A DNA stretch of 64,000 bases from Candidatus Latescibacterota bacterium (GCA_965116875.1 OZ220733.1:5120001-5184000), one strand, 5' to 3'; shown: positions 10,461 through 20,575, counted from the first letter of the stretch. Translations and numbers: made by a program. The notes: generated by a model from the sequence alone, not told the origin.

Positions 10461-11027
10461 ATGTCACCCGAAGAGGAAACACATCCGAGATTCCTGGCGC
10501 TCCTGCGGGGCGTGAACGTGGGCGGGAAGAATATCGTTCCCAAAGACGCGCTCCGGGAGTGCTTTGAGGACCTGGGATTCTCCAGCGTCCGCACGTACAT
10601 CCAGAGCGGCAACATCCTGTTTCGGTCCAGAGATACTGACGTCCCGGCGCTGACGGATGAGATCGAACGCGCCCTTTCGGGACGTTTTTCGTACAGCGCT
10701 CGCGCCGTCGTTCTGCCCCGCAAGTCATACCGACTCGTCGTTGACGCCGCCCCGGAAGATTGGGGACAAGACGATGCGTACATGCACCATGCGCTCTTCA
10801 CGCTGGCCGAATCCACGCCGAAAGACGTCCTCTCGAAACTCCGTGCGCCGAAACCGGAGTTCGAGACGGTCACCGCCGGGCCCGGGGTGATCTACTGGTC
10901 GATATCACGGTCCCGTCCGACGCGGTCCACGTGGGTGAAGCTGCCGGCGTCGCGGGAGTATCAGAAGCTCACCGCCCGGAATCACAATACGGTCTTCAGA
11001 TTGAGGGAACTGTTCGAGGAGATATAG
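10461..11027 (+). CDS. DUF1697 family protein
   Basis: ALLRGVNVGGKN, VRTYIQSGN and TARNHNTV motifs. Confidence 0.9.
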   Translation: MSPEEETHPRFLALLRGVNVGGKNIVPKDALRECFEDLGFSSVRTYIQSGNILFRSRDTDVPALTDEIERALSGRFSYSARAVVLPRKSYRLVVDAAPEDWGQDDAYMHHALFTLAESTPKDVLSKLRAPKPEFETVTAGPGVIYWSISRSRPTRSTWVKLPASREYQKLTARNHNTVFRLRELFEEI

Positions 11028-11030
11028 TGA

Positions 11031-11360
11031 ATGGCAGGCGACGAGGAACTCGTCAGCCGGATACGGTCAATCCTTGCCGGCGAGGACGGATTTTCCGAAA
11101 AAAGGATGTTCGGCGGGGTCTGCTTCATGATAGAGGGCAATATGTGCGCGGGAACGTGGAAGGGGTCCCTGATCGTGCGACTCCACAGGGCGCACCACGA
11201 GCAGACGCTTGCCGAACCATACACGAGGCCGTTCGACGTCACGGGCCGCGTGATGAGGGGATGGGCGCTGGTTGAGCCGCCCGCGATCGAATCGGACGAA
11301 GACCTGACGGATTGGCTTTACAGAGCGGTGGATTACGTCCGTACGCTTCCATCCAGGTGA
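11031..11360 (+). CDS. TfoX N-terminal domain protein
   Basis: EKRMFGGVCFMIEGNM, FDVTGRVMRGW. Confidence 0.85.
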   Translation: MAGDEELVSRIRSILAGEDGFSEKRMFGGVCFMIEGNMCAGTWKGSLIVRLHRAHHEQTLAEPYTRPFDVTGRVMRGWALVEPPAIESDEDLTDWLYRAVDYVRTLPSR

Positions 11361-11401
11361 CGGTGGGTGGCATCAATCGGAAGCGCAGAAGGGTTGTTCC
11401 C

Positions 11402-11719
11402 CTACTGCATCGGCGAAAAGGAGGTTGGGATGAGGACGTCGGAGATAACCTCGTCCACGATGGGTCCGTTGGCCTCGGTTTTTTCCCGCGCCGCGATCCA
11501 TTCCGGGTCCGCACGGAACGCATCCCACGCGGTTTCCATCGCCTCTTCGCTTTCGAATGCACAGAGGTAGATCAGTTCATTGACGTCTTTTCGCGTCCAG
11601 AAACCCACGACCTTGATGCCGTGCCTGTCGAAGAGGCCGAACGTAATGGTCTCAAACCGGTTGAGGATGTCCGGCATCCGGCCTTCGGGGACTCGGTAGA
11701 TGCGGTGTTCGTAGATCAT
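11402..11719 (-). CDS. NIPSNAP family protein
   Basis: MIYEHRIY..HGIKVVGFW..WDAFRADPEW..PTSFSP. Confidence 0.9.
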   Translation of the reverse strand: MIYEHRIYRVPEGRMPDILNRFETITFGLFDRHGIKVVGFWTRKDVNELIYLCAFESEEAMETAWDAFRADPEWIAAREKTEANGPIVDEVISDVLIPTSFSPMQ

Positions 11720-11888
11720 CGGAACGCTCCCTGGTGTGAAAGGACCCTGAATCGATCCTGTATGGAATGAAACTCGCTGTGACCTGCCATGGTAACAAGA
11801 AACCAGGCGGATTGAAAGGGGCGTCCGACCCCGCCGCCGCGCACCGGCGTGCTTGCTATAGCTGCAGGCGTGAAAGGAAACACGAAAC

Positions 11889-13397
11889 GTGAGAACAGAC
11901 AAGCGGGGCGGCATCTGCTTTCGCGTGGACGACAACAAACCGATACAGCAATGGATCGAGTTCGCCGAGATCTTTGACCGGCACGGTTTCAAGTTCTGCG
12001 CCGCATTGTGCCCGGGGAGAATGGCCGGCGACGAAGACTATACGAGGCTGGTCAGGTCGTTGCAGGACCGGGGACACGAAATCATGGACCACACGCCCCT
12101 TCACAGTGTCGATAAGCTCCCGCTCCCCCACGGCGCCAACGCAGATACCTGGGACACGAAGCCGGGCGTCGACCACGTGGACGAAACTCGGGTCTACCTG
12201 ACCTATGACGCGATTGACACGACGTCGCTTGCGGAATATCGCGCGGATATTTCAGGCAACCTGATGAAAAGCCGGACGACTGGAGTCCTGAACGACACGA
12301 ACCAGACGAGATTCATCGCTGTCTACGTTCCCCATACCGGCAGTGTGTTTCGGTTCAGACAGGTCGAACGATCGGGCGACGTCGCATTGGCGCTGCGCAG
12401 CTTCTGGGACGAAGACAACGTCGATCTGGGCGAACATCGGGATGTGGTCTTCCACAAGCTGAGCAAAGCGGACGTCCGGATGACGTTGGCCGCGCGCAGG
12501 CTTCTGGCCGAATCGTCCCTCAATCTGTTTCGCGAGATCGGCCTTGAACGCCCCGTGACGTGGATACAACCGGGCTCCGGAGGGTGTTCCGACTTCTGGC
12601 GTGAAGACGTCAAGACGTGCTTTGGAGATCGGTACGGATACGTGGCCGCGGCAACCTACCCGGACCGGTCATCGAAATGCTTTAACGAGGATGATCCCGA
12701 TGGGGACAAGTGCTACGGTATGCAGTGGGGCGACTTCAACGACGAGGCACGGGACCTGGACTGGAACCTGAAACGAATTGCGGACGGGGTCGCAGGCCAC
12801 CGCGTGCTCATCGGCCACAGCCACTTCTGGGAGCACGTCATGCCGGACGGCTGGGACGGTTATCTTGAACGCGTCGACCGGATCCTTTCCTGGTGCAATC
12901 ACAACGGTGTCCCGGTAAGGACGTATTCAGAGTGGGCGGAAGCGCTCTATCGTACGAAACCGGACCCGAGCGTGAACGGGTTTCCCGATCTGAACGTCGA
13001 TCTGGATGCGGACGGCGTTCCGGACGGGTTCGACGTGCTGTCCTCGGAACTGGTCCATGGCCGCGGGAAGGCCGGCGTCATCGATCCTTTTCTGTCGGTA
13101 AAGAATGCCGGCACGATTTGCAAAGTGGATCGATTGGGCGGTCTGGAAAAGGGCGCGAATACCTTCTCGGTCCGGACGCGCGGGCATCCGGTGGGCGCCA
13201 TCGAGGCAACGTTCAGATTCTTCGAAGTCGAAACGACGGAAAAACTCACGTTTTCAGTGAACAGCCACGAATGGACCGAACAACACGCGACGGTGACGGT
13301 GCCCGAAGAAGCTTCTCTGGTGGATATCTCAATCGAGTGCAGGCGTACCGGCGGAGATGGCCTGAAGATTGGCGGATTGCGTTTGAGCGGGAGGTGA
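11889..13397 (+). CDS. Polysaccharide deacetylase-like protein with C-terminal beta-sandwich
   Basis: FRVDDN, GHEIMDHT and LIGHSH NodB-like motifs. Confidence 0.7.
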   Translation: MRTDKRGGICFRVDDNKPIQQWIEFAEIFDRHGFKFCAALCPGRMAGDEDYTRLVRSLQDRGHEIMDHTPLHSVDKLPLPHGANADTWDTKPGVDHVDETRVYLTYDAIDTTSLAEYRADISGNLMKSRTTGVLNDTNQTRFIAVYVPHTGSVFRFRQVERSGDVALALRSFWDEDNVDLGEHRDVVFHKLSKADVRMTLAARRLLAESSLNLFREIGLERPVTWIQPGSGGCSDFWREDVKTCFGDRYGYVAAATYPDRSSKCFNEDDPDGDKCYGMQWGDFNDEARDLDWNLKRIADGVAGHRVLIGHSHFWEHVMPDGWDGYLERVDRILSWCNHNGVPVRTYSEWAEALYRTKPDPSVNGFPDLNVDLDADGVPDGFDVLSSELVHGRGKAGVIDPFLSVKNAGTICKVDRLGGLEKGANTFSVRTRGHPVGAIEATFRFFEVETTEKLTFSVNSHEWTEQHATVTVPEEASLVDISIECRRTGGDGLKIGGLRLSGR

Positions 13398-13506
13398 GGA
13401 CCCGATATACGTGCGGTGAGCCGAAAACGCGCAGGATCACATCGATGCGCGCCGGAAATGGTTTAAATGGCGTCGGATTCGGGCCCCGAAAACTCCGGAT
13501 CGGATT

Positions 13507-13935
13507 ATGTTGAAGATCGAGCCCCTGGAAGAATACCATTTGCCGCAGGTTTTGGATCTCGCAAACGCCCACCTCGGCGCCGTGATCCCGGGGTGGGCCC
13601 TTACCGCCGGCTATCTGTGGGAATGCCTGAAAAGGAATCCGGCCGAGGTGATAACCGACCCATGGGTTGCGCAGAGAGAATCCATCGTCGGCGTTGTCAA
13701 CGACCGCGTTTGCGCCGCGGCCAATCTGCTACGCTACGGAGACGATACCCGCTGGAAGGGAACCGTGTACGTCGACTGGCTGCTGTTCTGGCCGCAGGAG
13801 CGTCCTGCCGGCGAGGCGGTTTTGAAGGAGTGCCTGGGTCGGATGGATGCCACTGGTTCGACAGTACCACTGGACGCGAAGTTCCATGTAACGATCCATC
13901 GCGTGACCCAACCGTCCGTATCTTCCAACGAATAG
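13507..13935 (+). CDS. GNAT-like acetyltransferase N-terminal part, probably truncated
   Basis: GNAT-like start (KIEPLEEYHLPQVLDLANAH..DPWV..AAANLLRY..WLLFWP); C-terminal tail looks random. Confidence 0.5.
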   Translation: MLKIEPLEEYHLPQVLDLANAHLGAVIPGWALTAGYLWECLKRNPAEVITDPWVAQRESIVGVVNDRVCAAANLLRYGDDTRWKGTVYVDWLLFWPQERPAGEAVLKECLGRMDATGSTVPLDAKFHVTIHRVTQPSVSSNE

Positions 13936-13944
13936 GAATGATCG

Positions 13945-15093
13945 ATGTCCGAAAAAGCTGAAAACTATGACCTGTTGATTTCGGTCGGACGCGTTTTCTG
14001 CGCCGATACCGGCCTGGACGGCCCCGGCGCCGTCGCCCTACGGGGGGACCGGATTGTCGCCACCGGTCCAGGCGTGAAAGGAACCGCGAGTCTGACGCTC
14101 GACTACCCGGACGCCCTGCTTCTGCCGGGACTGGTGGACATTCACGCGCATCCGGCCAGGGGCGGATCCCGGTTCGGCGTCGATCCCGATACGCACTTTC
14201 TCCCGCGCGGGGTCACCACCTGTCTGTCGCAAGGCGATGCCGGCGCCCTCAACTGGCCGGCCTATCGCGAGGACGTGATCCGCGGCAGCCGCACGCGGGT
14301 CCGGCTCGCGCTGCACCTGGCGAAAACCGGCGAATCCCCTCCCGATCACTGTTTCGAGCACCTCGAAGACGCCGACGTCGACCTCTGCGTGGATGCCATC
14401 ACGGCAGCGGGCGATGAAATTTGGGGCATCGCCTTCAACACGGTTCTCGAACCACGCCTCGCCCACGACCCTCGAGAGATCATGCGTCGCGGCGTCGAAG
14501 CGGCCGAACGCAGCGGGCGCCCCATCCTCTACGGGCCGCGCTTCAACGTCGACTTTCCGCTCGAAGAGCAACTGGCGTTCCTTCGCGCGGGAGACCTCTT
14601 CACGTACACGTTCAGCCCTCGCCCGGACAACGTCATCGCGGGCGGAAGGGTGAGGCGCGCGGTATGGGAAGCCCGAGACCGGGGGGTCCTGTTCGACGGC
14701 TGCCACGGGATGCAGTCTTTCAGCTTTCCGCACGCGGAGCGGGCGATCGCCGAAGGGTTCTATCCCGATACGATTTCCACCGACCAGTACAATGCGCACG
14801 TGGACGCCGACCCGCCCCACCATCTGCCCAGGACGATGTCCAAATATATCGTCGCGGGCATGCCCGAAGCGGAAGTTTTCGCGCGGGCAACGGCCAGGCC
14901 CGCCGGCATATTGGGGCTGAAGGGCGAGGTGGGTACGCTGGCGCCCGGCGCATGTGCCGATATTGCGGTTTTGCGTTGGAACCCCGACGGACGCCTGTCC
15001 GACGTCCTCGGTGTTGAACGCCCCGGCGGATCCTGGGAGCCGCTGGCCACCGTGAAATCCGGAAAATTTGTGGATCAGGACTGCCCGAATTGA
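13945..15093 (+). CDS. Amidohydrolase (dihydroorotase-like/deacetylase)
   Basis: PGLVDIHAH, GVTT, DTISTD, GTLAPGACADIAV. Confidence 0.9.
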   Translation: MSEKAENYDLLISVGRVFCADTGLDGPGAVALRGDRIVATGPGVKGTASLTLDYPDALLLPGLVDIHAHPARGGSRFGVDPDTHFLPRGVTTCLSQGDAGALNWPAYREDVIRGSRTRVRLALHLAKTGESPPDHCFEHLEDADVDLCVDAITAAGDEIWGIAFNTVLEPRLAHDPREIMRRGVEAAERSGRPILYGPRFNVDFPLEEQLAFLRAGDLFTYTFSPRPDNVIAGGRVRRAVWEARDRGVLFDGCHGMQSFSFPHAERAIAEGFYPDTISTDQYNAHVDADPPHHLPRTMSKYIVAGMPEAEVFARATARPAGILGLKGEVGTLAPGACADIAVLRWNPDGRLSDVLGVERPGGSWEPLATVKSGKFVDQDCPN

Positions 15094-15292
15094 TTCGAAT
15101 TCAGTCGCCTGCTCTTTCAGCCAGGGGACAGCAGGATGCCCATCGTGGACGATATTTCGACACATCTTACTCCGATGTCCGGATTTTCCACAGCGGTCCG
15201 ATGCGGATTCCCTCTCCGTCTACCGGAACGCAACGAGTTGCCCGGTCCACAATTCCCGTTTGCCAAACCCTATCGATTGGAGGAGAGCCGTT

Positions 15293-16243
15293 TTGAGTCA
15301 GGAAGTAATCATGGTTGTCGGCTTTTTGCTTGGTGCCTACTCTATTGTTGGAAACGACGCGATTCAGACCCTTGGAACCTTTCTCAGCTCCAACGCCAGA
15401 CGCCCCTGGTGGGTGCTCTGGATCTTTGCCTGCAGTATTCTGTTCGTCGTCCTCGTCTACGGGTGGTGGATGCACGACGACGTCTCCTACGGCAGGCTGG
15501 AGAAGATCCCCGAACCCGATCAGTGGACCTGGATCTACTGTGTCCCTCCTTTCGTCCTGCTCCTCCTGACACGTTGGGGCATCCCCGTGAGTACCACGTT
15601 TCTCACCCTGACGATCTTCGCGCCGAAGGCCCTGCCGGCCATGCTGGTCAAATCACTCGCCGGCTATGCTACGGCGTTCGTGGCGGCCATTCTGATCTAT
15701 CGATGGGTCACCGGTGGCTTCGAATCCCGCTTTCACAGGACAGACGGGCCCACGAACAGCTGGTGGGTAGTGGCGCAGTGGTGTTCCACCGGTTTTCTCT
15801 GGAGCCAGTGGCTGATACAGGACCTGGCCAATATCTTCGTATTCCTCCCACGTAGCCTCCCCGCGGAATGGTTTTTTCTATCGATGGTGGTCATGCTGGT
15901 CCTACATGCCGTTATCTTCTACAACCACGGGGGCGCCATTCAGAAGGTGGTGCTCACCAAGACCAACACGACCGACATCCGGTCAGCCACCTTCGTCGAC
16001 CTGATTTACGGCATCGTACTCCTGTTGTTCAAGGAGGTCAGCAAGCTCCCGATGAGTACGACATGGGTATTCGTTGGCTTGCTGGCCGGCCGGGAGATCG
16101 CGGTCGCCCGGAATCAACGGCACCGCAGCCGCAAGGAAGTGACGCGGCTTGTGACGACGGATTTCGCCAAAATCACCGGCGGGCTGCTCGTCAGCATCGC
16201 CCTCGCCTATCTCCTGCCCGAATTACAGGCGATGTTCGGCTGA
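15293..16243 (+). CDS. Membrane protein, PiT/phosphate-permease-like
   Basis: GNDAIQTLGTF, GIPVSTTF, PMSTTWVFVGLLAGRE; SD GGAGGAG precedes TTG 15293. Confidence 0.7.
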   Translation: MSQEVIMVVGFLLGAYSIVGNDAIQTLGTFLSSNARRPWWVLWIFACSILFVVLVYGWWMHDDVSYGRLEKIPEPDQWTWIYCVPPFVLLLLTRWGIPVSTTFLTLTIFAPKALPAMLVKSLAGYATAFVAAILIYRWVTGGFESRFHRTDGPTNSWWVVAQWCSTGFLWSQWLIQDLANIFVFLPRSLPAEWFFLSMVVMLVLHAVIFYNHGGAIQKVVLTKTNTTDIRSATFVDLIYGIVLLLFKEVSKLPMSTTWVFVGLLAGREIAVARNQRHRSRKEVTRLVTTDFAKITGGLLVSIALAYLLPELQAMFG

Positions 16244-16366
16244 CGAACTGTAGGTTGGTACGGGCTCCGATACAACCTGGACCGTGAGTCACGACATTGG
16301 TACCGGAAGAGAACAGGCTCCCGGCCGGCAGCGTGGATCAGCTATCCATTTTTATCAAGATAAATC

Positions 16367-16395
16367 TTGACAGTGTGGGCTAAAATTGGCATTTT
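16367..16395 (+). promoter_or_regulatory. Putative sigma70 promoter of the antitoxin-doc operon
   Basis: TTGACA-17 nt-CATTTT. Confidence 0.5.
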
Positions 16396-16420
16396 GGAAG
16401 AAAAACGGGGTAGTTCGGCT

Positions 16421-16648
16421 ATGAAACCGCCACGAGAGAAATTCTCCAGCCAGGTTGCGCCGGAACTGTTGGGCGCCTTTCGGGAAATTGCCCGCAAGGA
16501 AGGGCGTCACTTTCAGACCGTGCTGGAAGAGGCCATGAGCGAATACATCGAAAACCGGGCCCGGGAAAAGCCGCGGGCTCAGGTCATGGCCCACTTTCAA
16601 GCCAGCGTGGAAAGAAACCGCCGTCTGGGTGAAATGCTGGCCAGATGA
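16421..16648 (+). CDS. Antitoxin (ribbon-helix-helix-like) partnered with Doc toxin
   Basis: 75 aa, REKFSSQV..EGRHFQTVLEEAM; ATGA overlap with downstream Fic gene. Confidence 0.75.
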   Translation: MKPPREKFSSQVAPELLGAFREIARKEGRHFQTVLEEAMSEYIENRAREKPRAQVMAHFQASVERNRRLGEMLAR

Positions 16649-17034
16649 CCCACGACTTCCCCACCATACAGGAAGTCCTGGTCATGCACGACGCCCTGAT
16701 CAGCACTTTCGGCGGAATACCGGGCGTGCGTGATGAAGGCGCCCTGGCCGCCGCGCTCATGCGACCGCAGCTTGGATACTACGAGGGTCTGATCGACCAG
16801 GCCGCCGCGCTTATGGAGAGCCTCGCCAACAACCATCCCTTTATTGACGGCAACAAACGGGCGGCCTTCTTCGTCACCGACACCTTCCTGCGTCTGAACG
16901 GCCGCTTTATCGACTGTGACGACGACGAGGCATACGCGTTCTTCATGGGGAACCTGGAGGCCGGAACCTTCCGGTTCGCCGGGTTGAAGGCGTGGCTTCA
17001 GGATAAGGTCGCGGCGTTGCCCGGTGTCCGATAG
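16645..17034 (+). CDS. doc: Fic/Doc (death-on-curing) family toxin
   Basis: GVRDEGAL..NHPFIDGNKRA Doc motif. Confidence 0.9.
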   Translation: MTHDFPTIQEVLVMHDALISTFGGIPGVRDEGALAAALMRPQLGYYEGLIDQAAALMESLANNHPFIDGNKRAAFFVTDTFLRLNGRFIDCDDDEAYAFFMGNLEAGTFRFAGLKAWLQDKVAALPGVR

Positions 17035-17150
17035 CGATCGAGGACACGAGACGATGTAACGATACGTCCGTTCCATGCGAGTATCGGACGAGGATCGGCA
17101 AGGACAAGGGTACGTCGCCTGGCCGGGATAAACCATCAGGGAGAGTCAGG

Positions 17151-18440
17151 ATGCAATACAAGATGGCGCGGACCGACGCGCAGATCGCGGCGGCCTTTCG
17201 GGAGGCCGCCGAGCAGTATGCCGTATTCGGCGTGAATGCGTTCGAAGCCGTGGAGAAAGCAGCGGACGTTCCCATCTCGCTTCACTGCTGGCAGGCCGAC
17301 GACGTGGCGGGGTTCGAGACGAAGGACGAATCCGTGGAAGGCGGCGGCATCATGGCCACCGGGAACTACCCGGGCCGGGCGCGAAACGGGGATGAACTGC
17401 GCGCCGACCTGAAGCAGGCGATCGATCTGTTGCCGGGGCGGCACCGCGCGAACGTTCACGCTTCCTATGGCGACACGGGGGGTAAAGTCGTGGACCGGGA
17501 CAGCCTGCAACCCGAACACTTCGCCGGCTGGATATCGTGGGCGAAGGAAAACGGCGTCGGCCTGGACTTCAACCCGACGTATTTCGCCCATCCGAAGGCG
17601 AACGACGGGTACACCCTGGCTCATCCGGACGTGGAAATCCGGGAATTCTGGATCCGACACGGCGTGGCGAGCCGGCGAATCGCGGATGCCATGGGTCTTG
17701 CACTGGACGACGTTTGCGTGAACAACCACTGGATTCCCGACGGCGCGAAGGACCATCCCGCGGACCGATTCGGACCCCGTGAACGCCTGGTGGAGTCCCT
17801 GGACGCGGTCCTGGACCCCGTGCTGGGCATCGGTCCGGCCTGCGTGGACGCGGTTGAGGGCAAGCTCTTCGGCCTCGGCGTGGAAGACTACACGGCGGGC
17901 TCCAACGACTTCTACGCGAACTACGCCCTGTCGCGGGGCGCGGTCCTCTGCCTGGACATGGGCCACTTCCACCCCACGGAATCCATCGCGGACAAGATCA
18001 CCGCGCACCTGCCCTTTCACGACAGGCTGCTCATCCACACCAGCCGGCCCATCCGCTGGGATTCGGACCATGTGGTGCTCTTCGGCAACGACGTGCGCAA
18101 CGTCTTCCTGGAAATCGTCCGGTGCGACGCCCTGGACCGCGTGTACGTGGCCCTGGACTTTTTCGACGCCAGCATCAACCGCATCGGCGCGTACGTGATC
18201 GGCGCCCGGGCGACGCGGAAGGCCATCCTCTACGCGCTGCTGGATCCCACACGGCAACTGCAGGAGCTGGAACGGGAGGGCAAACTGGCGCAGAAGCTCG
18301 CCCTGATGGAAGACATGAAAACAATGCCCTTCTCCGCCGTGTGGGACATGACCTGCCTGAAAACCGGCGTCCCCCCCGGCGCCGCCTGGATACCCGAAAT
18401 GGAAGCCTACGAGAAACAGGTCCTGTCAACCCGGACATAA
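17151..18440 (+). CDS. rhaA: L-rhamnose isomerase
   Basis: ISLHCWQADDV, GNYPGRAR, DFNPTYF, DMGHFHPTE, RWDSDHVV, LDFFDASINRI. Confidence 0.95.
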   Translation: MQYKMARTDAQIAAAFREAAEQYAVFGVNAFEAVEKAADVPISLHCWQADDVAGFETKDESVEGGGIMATGNYPGRARNGDELRADLKQAIDLLPGRHRANVHASYGDTGGKVVDRDSLQPEHFAGWISWAKENGVGLDFNPTYFAHPKANDGYTLAHPDVEIREFWIRHGVASRRIADAMGLALDDVCVNNHWIPDGAKDHPADRFGPRERLVESLDAVLDPVLGIGPACVDAVEGKLFGLGVEDYTAGSNDFYANYALSRGAVLCLDMGHFHPTESIADKITAHLPFHDRLLIHTSRPIRWDSDHVVLFGNDVRNVFLEIVRCDALDRVYVALDFFDASINRIGAYVIGARATRKAILYALLDPTRQLQELEREGKLAQKLALMEDMKTMPFSAVWDMTCLKTGVPPGAAWIPEMEAYEKQVLSTRT

Positions 18441-18445
18441 AGAAA

Positions 18446-18485
18446 ACCGCGGAAGGGGGTGGAAAAATCAACCCGTTCCGCGGTC
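18446..18485. terminator. Stem-loop between convergent rhaA and hsdR remnant
   Basis: ACCGCGGAAGGG...CCCGTTCCGCGGT inverted repeat just after the rhaA stop. Confidence 0.5.
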
Positions 18486-18601
18486 CTTATCTGCTGCAAT
18501 CCTCCACCTGCATGGCCCGATAAACTTCGTTATCGCTCCCGTAGTCGTTCGTTCGGTTCATTTCCAAGTTTCAAGCGAAACTCAACGGCTGTTCGCTCTC
18601 A

Positions 18602-19330
18602 TTATGTCTCTACCGGATCGTAGGCGAGGTTGAACACGATGTCAGTCATCATACGCTTGAAGTCCTTATCGTCCATATACCGCTTGAACAGTTCGGTGTC
18701 ATCCTTCATCACTCCGGTCATCACGCGCAGCAGCGCCTTGTCATGCTCGATCCGCGCATTCTGCCGGTCGGAGTTCACCCGGGCGTTTCGGAATGCGGTG
18801 TCGGCGGCGACGCGGGCCGGAATGGTTTCTGTGATAAGCTGCTTGACGCGGTCTTCATCCTCCCATTCGATATCCCCGAAATGCTCGTTGAAGACGCGAA
18901 GGATGTTGGAAAGTCGATCCAATTCCAGCTCCGGTTGATGTCCGCCGCCGGCCGTCGGCACCGGATCGATCTCCGCATCCTCGTCCGACAGCATGATCTG
19001 TTGCATTGCCCGCTTCTCTACCCGGTAGCTGTCAAGATCGATCGCATCGAGGATCCCCTTGGAGAGGTCCTCTTCCCATTTTTGATCGTGTCGCGGATTT
19101 GGCGTTCCAGAATGACACTGTCCGTGACGACAAAAATCGAGTGGAATACCGGAGCGCCGTCCTTCTCAAGTCCAATCAACTGGCGGGCGAGCCGGACGAT
19201 GGAGTTGCTCTTCCGGCTGCCGGCAGAGTGCTGGATCCGGTAGCGCTGTCCAGCGCCCGCTGCGCCTCGTCGCGGCTGTAGCGAAGCTGCCGCGTCACGG
19301 AAAAACGGTTCGACCCGAACAATTGCTGAA
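18602..19330 (-). pseudogene. hsdR: Type I restriction subunit R remnant: three fragments joined by internal deletions
   Basis: NRFSVTRQLRYSRDEAQRALD (N-terminal domain), QHSAGSRKSNSI..VVTDSVILERQIRDTIK (helicase motif I/Ia), EEDLSKGILDAIDLDSYRVEK..NSDRQNARIEHDKAL (C-terminus), in different frames. Confidence 0.8.
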
Positions 19331-19347
19331 CCTGCGTTTTGCGGCGT

Positions 19348-19689
19348 CTATGTGCCCCGCGTTTTCCTGCCTTCCCGGATCTCCTGAGCCGTAAACAGGC
19401 ATCGCCCGACCGCGTCGACGTGCTCCTTCAGAGGGCGATGCGTCAGCCTTTCATAGCTGGCAATGTCAACCGAGAAAGGCAGATTGCTTTCGTTGAACAG
19501 CGTCCACATTCTGGCGATGCTGGCATCCCTGACGTCTCCGTGAATGACAAGGTCGACGTCGGAATTCCTTCGGTGGTTTCCCGTTGCCCTGGACCCGAAC
19601 AGGTCAACCCGTGTGATCTCATCGGCGAAGTTGGCCAAAACGGCACGAATCGTCTCGAGATCCTCGTCGTAGAGTCCGTGGTCAGTCAG
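19348..19689 (-). CDS. Minimal nucleotidyltransferase (MntA-like), probable CTG start
   Basis: LFGSRATGNHRRNSDVDL motif; AAGGAGGT SD upstream of CTG 19689. Confidence 0.8.
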   Translation of the reverse strand: MTDHGLYDEDLETIRAVLANFADEITRVDLFGSRATGNHRRNSDVDLVIHGDVRDASIARMWTLFNESNLPFSVDIASYERLTHRPLKEHVDAVGRCLFTAQEIREGRKTRGT

Positions 19690-19700
19690 TGTCCACCTCC

Positions 19701-20129
19701 TTAAGCCACGTAGTCGGTGAACGGGTTGATAACCCGGAGGCCGTCGTAGTCCTGTTCTGAACTCAAATCCTCGGTGTACACGACATCGCAGCCCAAGGCA
19801 CGGGCTGCGGCGAGAATGGCGCCGTCCCAGTAGGACAGCCGAAAGCGCTTGCTGATAGTTACGCTGGCGCAAAAGACCTCGTGAGTGACGTCCTGCACTG
19901 GAAAGTGACTAATGCTCGCGATGAACTGCAGCACGTGGTCCTGGGAGATCGCTCCAGGACGGCTGTCGCGCGTTGCCTGGTGATAGAACTCTTGCAGCAC
20001 CTGCACAGACAGCGCCAAATCTCCCTCCTCCAGCAGCCGTTGGGCCGAACGCTGCTTGCCGGCTTCATCAGGAGCGGGGCTGGCAGCGTATATCAGGACG
20101 TTCGTATCGACAAAGCGCACGTCGCTCAC
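19701..20129 (-). CDS. vapC: PIN domain toxin (VapC family)
   Basis: FVDTNVLIY, SVQVLQEF, LSYWDGAILAAA, YTEDL. Confidence 0.9.
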   Translation of the reverse strand: MSDVRFVDTNVLIYAASPAPDEAGKQRSAQRLLEEGDLALSVQVLQEFYHQATRDSRPGAISQDHVLQFIASISHFPVQDVTHEVFCASVTISKRFRLSYWDGAILAAARALGCDVVYTEDLSSEQDYDGLRVINPFTDYVA

Positions 20130-20467
20130 CCGCCCTCAGGATTCTCGCGTTCGACAGCGGCCGCCGCCTTGGCTTCGGCCCTTGCCCTGGCCCGGTCGTA
20201 CAGCGCCTCCCGAGACAGGTTGTCGGCGGCCCTGAATCCGGGTGAAGTTGTGCGGATTTTCGCAATGACCTCGCTCAACATCCTACGCCGGCGCTTGGCC
20301 ACTTGCTCCGTGACCGCCCCGCTGTCGGTTGTGCCGTCTTTGCGGTCCGTTGCCAGACTCTTCAGGTAGTCTCGCACGAGGGCCGATACCGACGTGTCCA
20401 ATTCTGCCGCACGGATGCGCGCGAGCCGATGGGTCTCTTCGTCGACGGAAACGGTAATATTTCTCAT
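20126..20467 (-). CDS. VapB-type antitoxin (ribbon-helix-helix)
   Basis: MRNITVSVDEETHRLARIRAAELDTSVSALVRDYL..LSREALYDR; overlaps the PIN gene start. Confidence 0.8.
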   Translation of the reverse strand: MRNITVSVDEETHRLARIRAAELDTSVSALVRDYLKSLATDRKDGTTDSGAVTEQVAKRRRRMLSEVIAKIRTTSPGFRAADNLSREALYDRARARAEAKAAAAVERENPEGG

Positions 20468-20547
20468 AGTCACAGACTCACAGTTTCTGCGTAACACAAT
20501 ATATACATTTGCCGGTCGATCGGCAACAGTTGCGGCGGTGCGGGAAG

Positions 20548-20575
20548 TAGGGGCGACCGGCCGGTCGCCCCTACG
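20548..20575. repeat. GTAG-type REP palindrome
   Basis: GTAGGGGCGACCGGCCGGTCGCCCCTAC is a perfect palindrome. Confidence 0.85.
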
